From: Candidatus Bipolaricaulota bacterium
GTDB taxonomy: Bacteria > Bipolaricaulota > Bipolaricaulia > Bipolaricaulales > Bipolaricaulaceae
Direction: 5' to 3'
Length of the DNA: 45,555 nt
NCBI GenBank assembly: GCA_021129895.1
Contig: JAJOKL010000004.1
Location: 1 to 45,555, forward strand
Shown here: positions 28,752-36,452 of the stretch, piece by piece
Numbering within the stretch: position 1 is the first letter of the stretch
Layout: each line of letters begins with the position of its first letter
Position numbers and translations under genes: made by a program
The notes under the pieces: model-generated
The model's input: the letters and a program-made list of their open reading frames with translations, nothing else
The model's database searches: none
Told to the model about the DNA's origin: nothing

Positions 28752-30068
28752 ATGAGGATCATCTCGATCGGATGGGAACTGGAAGGGCCGGAACTGGAAC
28801 GGGCGGAGCTGTTCTCCGCCGAATCCCTTGCCAGCTACGACGCGGTGCTTTGGGATCCGGAGGCGGTTCCCCAACTCTGGCGCGGCCACGCCCAGCTGGA
28901 AGGGGAGGGCATTTGGCGGATCTACCCGGGCCGGGATTTGGGCTTGTCCAGGGCATTGGAACGCCTGCTCTCCCTGCGCCGGGACGAACTTTCGGACCTG
29001 TTGCAGCGTGGCGGCGGGCTGCTGGTGGTGCGGGTTCGGCCCGAGGAGGAGGAGCTGGAGATCGCAGGCAACCCGCCCCGGCGGATCACCCCTTATTCAT
29101 TGCTGCCGCACCTATCCCTGGTGGCCGATCCCCATCACCTGGCATTGCCCCAAGGGCTTAGGTTCGTGCCCCGCCGGGGGAGGGACATCGCCTGGGTGGA
29201 AGCTGCCCATCCCCTGACCCCTTACCTCGAGTCCTTCCGACCGCTGGGCTATCAAGCGGTGCTGGCAAGCTCCCTGGGGGCGCCCCTTTCCGCGTTCGGG
29301 CGGGTGCTGGTCACCAACCGGGTGGGGGACGCGGTAGCGTGGGACCTGCCGGTGGGGACGGGGCGGATCCTGTTTTTGCCCGCCTTCCCCGGGGCAGACC
29401 CTCGGCGGGCCTGGGAGCTCCTCCTCCCGGCCCTGGTCGAGCTTTTAGAGAGCCCCCTGCCGGAGGAGGGGCCGGACTGGCTCTCCCACTACTCCCTCCC
29501 GGAGGAGGAAGAGCTTTCGGCCAAGCTCTCTCAGCTTGAGGATGAGCGCCGGCGGCTGGAGGAGGAGGCCTTGGGGATCAAACAGCGATTGGAAAAGGTC
29601 TCCGGGCTGCGGGGGCTCCTCTATCCCCGGGGCCTGGCCGGCCTTAGGGCGGCAGTTAAGCTAGCTCTGGAGCGGCTGGACTGCTCGGTTGCCCCTCACG
29701 GGGAGCGGTTCCTGGCTGCCCAGGCGGGGAAGCGGGAGCTCCTCATCAGACCGGCCCTGTCCCTCTCCGGCCCGGTGGGCCCGGAGCCGTATCGAGAACT
29801 GCTCCTCGAGCTAGATCGGCTGGCGACGGAGGAGGGGCGGGAGGTGCATGGGGTACTGGTGGCGGTGGCCGAGCCGCGGCTTGATCCCCGCCGGCGGGGC
29901 CTCCAGTGGACAGAGGCGGTGCGCCGGGGCTGCCGGGAGCACGGGATCACCCTCATCTCGGGGTACCAACTGTTCCAGGCCCTCCAAGTGGCCCTGGCCG
30001 AGGACCGGGCCGGGGAGGTGCGGGAGGCGCTGGCTGAGACCGAGGGCGAATGGCGGCTGAAGCTTTAG
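28752..30068 (+). CDS. Hypothetical protein (438 aa): unknown N-terminal alpha/beta domain, central coiled coil, unknown C-terminal domain
   Basis: Protein-like composition from MRIISIGWELEG... The central segment EEEELSAKLSQLEDERRRLEEEALGIKQRLEKV is coiled-coil-like. The C-terminus is LAGLRAAVKLALERLDCSV...HGVLVAVAEPRLDP...GITLISGYQLFQAL. I recognise no catalytic motif. Confidence 0.7.
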   Translation: MRIISIGWELEGPELERAELFSAESLASYDAVLWDPEAVPQLWRGHAQLEGEGIWRIYPGRDLGLSRALERLLSLRRDELSDLLQRGGGLLVVRVRPEEEELEIAGNPPRRITPYSLLPHLSLVADPHHLALPQGLRFVPRRGRDIAWVEAAHPLTPYLESFRPLGYQAVLASSLGAPLSAFGRVLVTNRVGDAVAWDLPVGTGRILFLPAFPGADPRRAWELLLPALVELLESPLPEEGPDWLSHYSLPEEEELSAKLSQLEDERRRLEEEALGIKQRLEKVSGLRGLLYPRGLAGLRAAVKLALERLDCSVAPHGERFLAAQAGKRELLIRPALSLSGPVGPEPYRELLLELDRLATEEGREVHGVLVAVAEPRLDPRRRGLQWTEAVRRGCREHGITLISGYQLFQALQVALAEDRAGEVREALAETEGEWRLKL

Positions 30069-30070
30069 GA

Positions 30071-30951
30071 TTGAAGGTTTTCTGGGCCCGGCTCGGGCGC
30101 CAGAGAGGAACTTTCCTCTCGGGGGGCGGAGGCGGCGGTGATCACCTCACCCCGGGCCATCGTTTGGCTCACCGGCTACTTTGCCCTGCCCACCGAGCGC
30201 CCCTTCGCCCTGGTGGTCCCCCAGCGGGGCGGGCCGTTCGCGTTCGTGCCGGGGGTGGAGTGGGAGGCGGCAGCCCAGGTCCCCACCCTGGAGGAGGTGT
30301 GGCGCTACTACGAGTATCCGGGGCCCCTTCCCCCGCTCTCAAGGAACTCCTCCCCGGGGTGGAACTGGTCGTGGATCCAGGGTTGGTAGCGAGGTGCTGG
30401 CAGGAGAAATCCCCGGAGGAGATCGAGCTCCTCAGGATCTCCGGGGAGCGGACCGGGCCCATGCCATGAGCCAGGACCGGAAGCTGGAAGTGGGGGACGT
30501 GATCATCACTGGGGTGGCGGTGCAGGTGTGGGGGTATTCGGTGGAGCTTGAGCGGACCTTGATCCTGGGGGAGCCCACTTCCGAGCAGGCCCGCCATTTT
30601 TCCGCCATGCTCAAGGCTCAAGAGGCGGGGCTCTCGGCCTGCGGCCCCGGGGTCCCCCTGCGGGAGGTGGACCGGCGGGTGAGGCAGGTGCTCCTCGCCG
30701 AGGGCCTGGGACGCTCCCTGCGTCACCATACCGGTCACCACCTGGGCTGGGAGGGGCACGAGCCACCGTACATCGACGCGTTCGCCGCCGGGGAGATGCG
30801 GCCGGGTCAGGTGTTCTCCATCGAACCCGGGGTGTACGTGCCGGGGCTGGGGGGCTTCCGCCACTCGGACACGGTGCTCATCACCGAGGACGGGGCAGAA
30901 CTCCTCACCCGCTACCCCCGGGACCTGGGTTCCCTCACGGTGGAGGCGTAG
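30071..30951 (+). pseudogene. M24 family Xaa-Pro peptidase/aminopeptidase remnant with three frame changes and an internal deletion
   Basis: Homologous segments lie in three frames. LKVFWARLG is in the frame of ORF 30050. AREELSSRGAEAAVITSPRAIVWLTGY...YEYPGP is in the frame of 30138. ALKELLPGVELVVDPG...KSPEEIELLRISGE is again in the frame of 30050. HAMSQDRKLEVGDVIITG...HHTGHHLGWEGHEPPY...FSIEPGVY...FRHSDTVLITEDG is in the frame of 30181. About 70 aa normally found between the KS.EEI..LR block and the PH...R.LE.GD block are missing. Confidence 0.75.
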
Positions 30952-31941
30952 ATGGGCTGGCCGGTCCTGGTCATCGCCCTGTTGGAGTTCCCCCTGGTGG
31001 CCTGGGGGAGCTACCACTTCGCCCGGCGCCTGCGGGCCGGGCAGTACATCCGCCCCGAGGGACCGCAGGGGCACGTGGCCAAGGCCGGCACCCCCACCAT
31101 GGTCGGGATCGTCCCCTTGCTCGGCCTCTCCGCCGGCGCCCTCCTGTGGTGGGCCCTGGGCGGGGCTTTCAGTGCTCGGGGGGGATTCGCCCTGGCCTCC
31201 GCCTGGCTGGCCGGGGGGATCGGGCTGTGGGACGATCTCCTCTCGCAGCGGCGCCGTTCCTCCCAAGGCCTTTCCCCGGGCCAAAAGCTCTTTCTGGGGC
31301 TGGGGGCGGCCGCGGTCCTGTTCCTCTTCTTCCCGGCCCTGAAGGGGGTGGAGCTCGTGGTCCCCTTCTCCCAGGCCCGCCTCCTCCTAGGCTCCCTCCC
31401 CCCTTGGGCGGCCTTCTTACTGTTGCTGTTTGGTTTTTGGGGCACCACCAACGCGGTCAACCTGACCGACGGCCTGGACGGCCTGGCCCCCGGGGCCACG
31501 GGCATCGTGCTGCTTGGCCTGGTGCCCCTCCTCTGGGGCCAAGGGGAGCTTTTCGGCTTGGCCCTGGTCTCGGCCGGGGCGGTGGCTGGCTTCCTGTGGG
31601 TGAACGCCTATCCTGCCGGAGCGTTTTTGGGGGACGTGGGCTCCCTCGGCCTGGGAGGGCTCCTGTTCGGCCTCGCCTTCTCCGGGGGCCTTGTCTTCCT
31701 CTTACCCATCCTGGGCGGGCTGTTCGTGCTGGAGGCGTTGTCGGTGATCGTCCAGGTCCTCTCCTTCAAGCTCGCCGGGGTGCGGCTCCTCAAGATGTCC
31801 CCCCTGCACCACCACCTGGAGGAGGGGGAGGTCCCCTGGCGGCACCTCCTCCCGGGGGCGGACTGGCCGGAGCCGAAGGTGGTGGTGCGTCTGTGGCTCC
31901 TTTCCGCCCTGTTCGTCGCCTTGGGGATCCTAGCCGCCTGA
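30952..31941 (+). CDS. mraY: Phospho-N-acetylmuramoyl-pentapeptide transferase
   Basis: IRPEGPQGHVAKAGTPTMVG, TNAVNLTDGLDGLA, FLGDVGSLGLGG and KMSPLHHHLE...EPKVVVRLW are MraY signature blocks. The product is 329 aa. Confidence 0.9.
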   Translation: MGWPVLVIALLEFPLVAWGSYHFARRLRAGQYIRPEGPQGHVAKAGTPTMVGIVPLLGLSAGALLWWALGGAFSARGGFALASAWLAGGIGLWDDLLSQRRRSSQGLSPGQKLFLGLGAAAVLFLFFPALKGVELVVPFSQARLLLGSLPPWAAFLLLLFGFWGTTNAVNLTDGLDGLAPGATGIVLLGLVPLLWGQGELFGLALVSAGAVAGFLWVNAYPAGAFLGDVGSLGLGGLLFGLAFSGGLVFLLPILGGLFVLEALSVIVQVLSFKLAGVRLLKMSPLHHHLEEGEVPWRHLLPGADWPEPKVVVRLWLLSALFVALGILAA

Positions 31942-31948
31942 CCTCCGA

Positions 31949-33895
31949 TCAGCCCCCTTCGGCCAAGCTGGCGGCCACGTCGGGGAGCTCCTCAGCCCCC
32001 ACCGGGATGGTGAGGCTCGCGCCCCGGAAGTCGTCCCCGATGGGCTCGGCCCGCCCCCCCAGGAACCTCCCCAGGAAGGCCTCGGCGATGGCGGAAAAGG
32101 AAAGGCGGTTCTCCTGCCGCAGGAAGCCGTGGCCCTCGTCGGGATAGAGGACGTAGATCACCGGGATCCCCTTGCCCTGCAGGGCCTGGACGATCTGGTC
32201 CGATTCCTGCTTTTTCACCCGGGGGTCGTTGGCCCCTTGGCCGATGAGCAGGGGCTTTTGGATTCGATCGGCGTACTTCAGGGGGGAGCGGTCCCAAAGG
32301 AATTCCCGGTCCTCTGGGTTCTGGGGGTCGCCCACCCGCACGGAGAGGAGGGGCCGCATGGGCATCCAGTACGGGGGAATGTTCTCGAGCAGGGTCACCA
32401 GGCTCGAGGGCCCCACGATGTCCACCCCGCAACAGAAGACCTCCGGGGTGAAGGTGAGCCCCACCAGGGTGGCGTAGCCCCCGTAGCTTCCCCCCATGAT
32501 GGCCACGCGCTCCCGCTCGGCGATCCCCTCCCGGACGGCCCACTCCACGGCGTCGATCAAGTCCTGGTGCATCTTACCCGCCCACTCCCGATTTGCCGCG
32601 TTGACGAAGGATTTCCCGAAGCCGGTGGAGCCGCGGAAGTTCACGCTCAGGACGGCATACCCCCGGTTGGCGAGCCACTGATGCCAGGGGTTGAAGCCCC
32701 ACTTGTCCCGCCACCAGGGACCGCCGTGGACGAATAGGACCATGGGCAAGGGCCGCTCGGGCCTTCCGCCCCGGTCCTCCCCGGGGGGAAGGGACAGGTA
32801 GCTCACCAGCCTAAGTCCGTCCCGGGCCTCGATCACCACCGGGTACATCCGCGCCAATGTGTAATCCTCGAGTTCCGGCCGGTCGGAGAACAGGAATTTT
32901 TCTGCTCTTGCCTCGCGGTCGTAGAGGTAGTAGAGGGTGGGACCATTGTCCCGGACGTAAGCAACCAGCCACAGGCGGTCGTCCAGGGAGCGGGATAGCA
33001 CCTCCAGCTCCCCGTCCACCAGGGCGGAAAGCCGGGAGAAATCCTCGACGATCTCCCCGTCAACTACTTCCCAGCGGCGGCGGTCATAGTCGAAGGCCAC
33101 CGCCTGGGGTCTCCTGGTCAGGGGATGCTCCAGAACCCCTTGAGCATCGCAACGGGGGTCCGCGGCCAGCTCCCGGAACTCTCCTGACTCGAAGTCCAAA
33201 GCTACCAACGCCGCGGTGTCCCGGCCCCGGGAGTCCACGAGGTACAGGGTCCTCCCCTCGGCGTCCAGGCCCACGGGCTGGGTCGCGGCGGCGTCCTCGG
33301 GCCCTATCCGGGCGAGTTCTTCCCGCCCCCCGTCCCGCAGCGCCAGGAGCTCGAACCCCCCGTCTGGAAGGAACCGCAGGGCCACCTGTACCTCAAGGGC
33401 ATCATCAGCCAGGAACTGGAAGAACCCCTCCTCGTTCCGGAGCACCAGTTCCCGGGCGCCGCTTTCGAGGTCCAATGAGAAGACGTCGTGGAAGCGGGGG
33501 TCCCGCTCGTTCAGGGCCACCAAGATCCTCCCCGGGTGCCGGGGGCTCAGATGGACTAGCCTCGCCTGCGTCCCTTCCTCGGGGGTGAGGGCCCGGGTCT
33601 CGCCGCTTTCGAGCTCCACCCGATAGAGACAGAAATTCTCGTCCCCGCCCCGGTCCTTGAGGTAGAGGATGTGCCGGGAGTCGTAGGCCCAGTGGTAGGA
33701 GAACACCCCGCGCTCCCGCTCCCGGGTGATGACCCGGGCCGCCTCGGGTTCCTCCGCGGGGGCGACCCACACGTTCCGCACTCCCTCCCAGGGGGCGAGG
33801 AAGGAAATCCAGCGCCCATCGGGGCTCAGCCTGACTAAGGACCGCTCGGGATCCCCGAACAGGATCCGCCTCGGGATGAGGGGTACATCCGCCAT
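31949..33895 (-). CDS. S9 family serine peptidase (prolyl oligopeptidase / acylaminoacyl-peptidase type)
   Basis: N-terminal beta-propeller-like region. The C-terminal alpha/beta hydrolase domain has the nucleophile elbow IMGGSYGGYAT, plus GANDPRV and YPDEGHGF (Asp/His). GGAGG SD precedes the ATG at 33895. Confidence 0.9.
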   Translation of the reverse strand: MADVPLIPRRILFGDPERSLVRLSPDGRWISFLAPWEGVRNVWVAPAEEPEAARVITRERERGVFSYHWAYDSRHILYLKDRGGDENFCLYRVELESGETRALTPEEGTQARLVHLSPRHPGRILVALNERDPRFHDVFSLDLESGARELVLRNEEGFFQFLADDALEVQVALRFLPDGGFELLALRDGGREELARIGPEDAAATQPVGLDAEGRTLYLVDSRGRDTAALVALDFESGEFRELAADPRCDAQGVLEHPLTRRPQAVAFDYDRRRWEVVDGEIVEDFSRLSALVDGELEVLSRSLDDRLWLVAYVRDNGPTLYYLYDREARAEKFLFSDRPELEDYTLARMYPVVIEARDGLRLVSYLSLPPGEDRGGRPERPLPMVLFVHGGPWWRDKWGFNPWHQWLANRGYAVLSVNFRGSTGFGKSFVNAANREWAGKMHQDLIDAVEWAVREGIAERERVAIMGGSYGGYATLVGLTFTPEVFCCGVDIVGPSSLVTLLENIPPYWMPMRPLLSVRVGDPQNPEDREFLWDRSPLKYADRIQKPLLIGQGANDPRVKKQESDQIVQALQGKGIPVIYVLYPDEGHGFLRQENRLSFSAIAEAFLGRFLGGRAEPIGDDFRGASLTIPVGAEELPDVAASLAEGG

Positions 33896-33962
33896 GTTTC
33901 ACCTCCTCGTGGTCTTCAACGCCGCAACCCTGCAACCCTAGGGGCCGCCTCAGGGGAGTGGG

Positions 33963-35360
33963 TCATGCGGAAAGGGCGGCCTCCAGGGCGTAGGCGGCCC
34001 TCAGGAGCTTTTCCTCCCCGAGTCTTGGGGCGATGAGCTGGAGGCCAAACGGAAGCCCCTCCACCTCCCCCCCGGGGATGGAGATGGCCGGCAGGCCCGC
34101 CAGGGCCGAGGGCAGGGTGAACACGTCCGACAGGTACATGGAGAGGGGATCCGCCTTCTCCCCCAGCCGGAACGCCGGGGTGGGGGAGGTGGGCCCGAGG
34201 ATGAGGTCCACCTCCTGGAAGGCGGCCTCGAACTCCCGGGCGATCAGGGTCCTGACCCGTTGGGCCTTGCCGTAATATTGGTCGTAATAGCCTGCGGACA
34301 GGGCGAAGGTGCCGAGCATGATCCTCCGCTTCACCTCCCGGCCGAAGCCGGCGGTGCGGGTGGCGGCCATCATCTCCGCCATCAGCTCTCCGGGCACCCG
34401 GAGGCCGTACCGCACCCCATCGTAGCGGGCCAAGTTGGCCGAGGCCTCCGCCGAGGACACCAGGTAATAGGCCGGGAGGGCGTATTCGGTGAGCGGCAGG
34501 GAGATCTCCACCACCTCCGCCCCCAGCTCCTGGAGGGCTTGACACCACCGGTCCACCAGTCCCCGGGCAGCCGGGGAGAGTCCTGGCGGCACGTACTCCC
34601 GGGGAAGGCCGATCTTCAGGTCCTGAAGATCTTTAGTTTCTAGGTTTTCCGTGTAATCATGCGGGGGGAGGGGCAAGGAGGTGGCATCCTTAGGGTCGTG
34701 GCCGGCGATGATGGACAGGACCAGGGCCGCATCCCGCACGGTCCGCGCCAGCACCCCCACCGTGTCCAAGGAGGAGGCGAACGCCACCAGGCCCCAGCGG
34801 GAGACCCGCCCATAGGTGGGCCGCAAGCCCACGATCCCGCACAGGGCCGCAGGCTGCCTGACCGAACCCCCGGTGTCGGTGCCCAGGGCGGCCAGTGCCT
34901 CCCCAGCGGCCACCGCCGCCGCGCTCCCCCCCGAGGAGCCCCCCGGGACCCGGTCCGGGTCGCAGGGGTTTCTAGTGGAGCCGAACGCGGAGTGTTCGGT
35001 GGAGGAACCCATGGCGAACTCGTCCAGATTGGTCTTCCCCTGCACCTGGGCCCCGGCGGCCTTGAGCCGGGTCACACAGGTGGCATCGAACGGGGGTCTG
35101 AAGCCGGACAGGCTCTTGGAGCCGCAGGTGGTAGGAAGGTCCACCGTAGTCAGGTTGTCCTTGATCGCGATGGGCAAGCCGCGTAGCGGCTGGGAGGAAA
35201 GCGCTTCTTCCCGCCTCATGAGGGCTTCGGGGTCTGCGAGCCGAATGAACGCGTGGATTTCCGGTTCTCGCTCCTCGATCCTCTTCCAAAGGGAGGCCAC
35301 GACATCGGCCAGGGCTAGCTCCTTCTGGTTCAAGGCGGTCAAGGTTTCGGTCAAGCTCAT
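33963..35360 (-). CDS. gatA: Glutamyl/aspartyl-tRNA amidotransferase subunit A
   Basis: Amidase signature KDNLTT..LPTTCGSK, GKTNLDEFAMGSSTEHSAFG, PGGSSGGSAAAVAAG, GTDTGGSVRQPAALCGIVGLRPTYGRVSRWGLVAFASSLD. The ATG at 35360 has an AAGGAG SD. The 19 extra upstream codons of the ORF were rejected. Confidence 0.9.
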   Translation of the reverse strand: MSLTETLTALNQKELALADVVASLWKRIEEREPEIHAFIRLADPEALMRREEALSSQPLRGLPIAIKDNLTTVDLPTTCGSKSLSGFRPPFDATCVTRLKAAGAQVQGKTNLDEFAMGSSTEHSAFGSTRNPCDPDRVPGGSSGGSAAAVAAGEALAALGTDTGGSVRQPAALCGIVGLRPTYGRVSRWGLVAFASSLDTVGVLARTVRDAALVLSIIAGHDPKDATSLPLPPHDYTENLETKDLQDLKIGLPREYVPPGLSPAARGLVDRWCQALQELGAEVVEISLPLTEYALPAYYLVSSAEASANLARYDGVRYGLRVPGELMAEMMAATRTAGFGREVKRRIMLGTFALSAGYYDQYYGKAQRVRTLIAREFEAAFQEVDLILGPTSPTPAFRLGEKADPLSMYLSDVFTLPSALAGLPAISIPGGEVEGLPFGLQLIAPRLGEEKLLRAAYALEAALSA

Positions 35361-35469
35361 TCGGGCTCCTTTTTGCCTGCAGGGATCCCGGGTAGCTGGT
35401 CCCCCGCTATGTGGCACCCAATCTTACCGCGTCTGGCCGCGGGGGTCAACATCCCCGCCTGGGGGGACG

Positions 35470-35502
35470 AAAAAGCGCCCCGGCCTAAGGAAGCTGGGGC
35501 GC
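35470..35502 (-). terminator. Candidate intrinsic terminator downstream of tRNA-Leu
   Basis: On the minus strand the sequence is GCGCCCC-(14 nt)-GGGGCGC followed by UUUUU. On the plus strand this is the A5 run at 35470-35474 with stems at 35475-35481 and 35496-35502. Confidence 0.55.
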
Positions 35503-35507
35503 CCTCT

Positions 35508-35597
35508 TGGTGCCGGGGGTGGGACTCGAACCCACACGGGGGTTACTTCCCCACTGGATCCTGAGTCCAGCGCGTCTACCAATTCCGCCACCCCGGC
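35508..35597 (-). tRNA. tRNA-Leu (anticodon CAG), class II with long variable arm, CCA encoded
   Basis: The reverse complement reads GCCGGGGTGGCGGAATTGGTAGACGCGCTGGACTCAGGATCCAGTGGGGAAGTAACCCCCGTGTGGGTTCGAGTCCCACCCCCGGCACCA. It has a 7-bp acceptor stem, anticodon stem CTGGA/TCCAG with loop CTCAGGA, T-arm GTGGG-TTCGAGT-CCCAC, and discriminator A. Confidence 0.95.
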
Positions 35598-35641
35598 CGA
35601 CACCGCAATTCTATGGCCCCGGGCGGGCAAGTCAAGAACAT

Positions 35642-35671
35642 TTGACGGGCATGGGGGAAATCCGGTAGACT
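35642..35671 (+). promoter_or_regulatory. Candidate promoter TTGACG-N18-TAGACT for the Crp/Fnr gene (leaderless-type spacing to GTG 35681)
   Basis: TTGACG at 35642-35647 and TAGACT at 35666-35671. There are 9 nt to the GTG, with no SD in between. Confidence 0.4.
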
Positions 35672-35680
35672 GCGATCCGG

Positions 35681-36364
35681 GTGAGGGGGATGCTCGAACT
35701 GAAAGATTTCAAGGTGTTCGCGGACCTGAAGCCGGAGGATGTCGACAAGCTCGGGCAGCTGGTACGAAGGATCGATTACGGAGCGGACGAGCTCATCTTC
35801 ATGGAGGGGGCGCCTGCGTTCGGGTTCTATCTCGTTTTCGCCGGTGCAGTCAAGGTGGTTAAGCGCTCCGCTAAGGGCAAATCCCAGATCCTCAAGATCG
35901 TGGGCCCGGGGGGGCTGTTGGGGGAGACCACCCTGTTCGATAAGGGTGTGCACAACGCCTACGCCAAGACCTTGGCGCCCTCTACCGTGGGCTTCATCGA
36001 ACGGGGGGACTTCTTCTACTTCCTGGAACATCATCCCAAGGTCATCTTCCGGTTCTTCGAACGGCTTTCCTTGGAGATAAAGGCCTTTCAGAACAAGCTC
36101 GCCGAACGCTCCTACGCCTCCAGCAAGGAGAGGTTGGCCCGGCTGATCCTGGCCCTGGGGCGATCCGGGATCGAGCTCTCCCGCAGCGAGCTGGCCGAGA
36201 TGGCCGGCGTGTCTTCCAAGACCGCCATCCGCACCCTGGGGGAGCTTGAGTCCCGGGGCATCATCTCCTTGGACAACCGCAAGATAAACGTGCTCAAGGA
36301 GGATTACCTGCGCCGCCTGATGGAACCGTCCGCCGTGTCGGTGGACGAGGCCGTCATCATTTAG
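35681..36364 (+). CDS. Crp/Fnr family transcriptional regulator
   Basis: cNMP-binding domain (LIFMEGAPAFGFYLVFAGAVKVV...LKIVGPGGLLGETTLF) and C-terminal HTH (LSRSELAEMAGVSSKTAIRTLGELESRGII). No N-terminal Fnr-type Cys cluster is present. The start is GTG 35681 or ATG 35690. Confidence 0.85.
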   Translation: MRGMLELKDFKVFADLKPEDVDKLGQLVRRIDYGADELIFMEGAPAFGFYLVFAGAVKVVKRSAKGKSQILKIVGPGGLLGETTLFDKGVHNAYAKTLAPSTVGFIERGDFFYFLEHHPKVIFRFFERLSLEIKAFQNKLAERSYASSKERLARLILALGRSGIELSRSELAEMAGVSSKTAIRTLGELESRGIISLDNRKINVLKEDYLRRLMEPSAVSVDEAVII

Positions 36365-36452
36365 CTCGGTCGACAAACTGGGAGGGGGCGGTGATGGGTG
36401 TCCTTGGCAGTGGACCGGCCCGGCGGGCATCCTTTCCCGAGGTATTCCGGAC

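Noticed and set aside
30169-31284. 371-aa minus-strand ORF, together with similar long antisense ORFs at 12320-13372, 17861-18811, 24584-25691, 35576-36454, 36777-37628, 40563-41441 and 41925-42731
   Set aside because: Each lies opposite a gene with clear family motifs and translates to Pro/Gly/Arg-rich low-complexity sequence. None has a convincing RBS.
35361-35680. tRNA-Leu as an integration site for a mobile element or genomic island
   Set aside because: There is no integrase, excisionase or phage gene on either side. I did not notice a direct repeat of the tRNA 3' end elsewhere in the window. The flanking genes are gatA and a Crp/kinase module.
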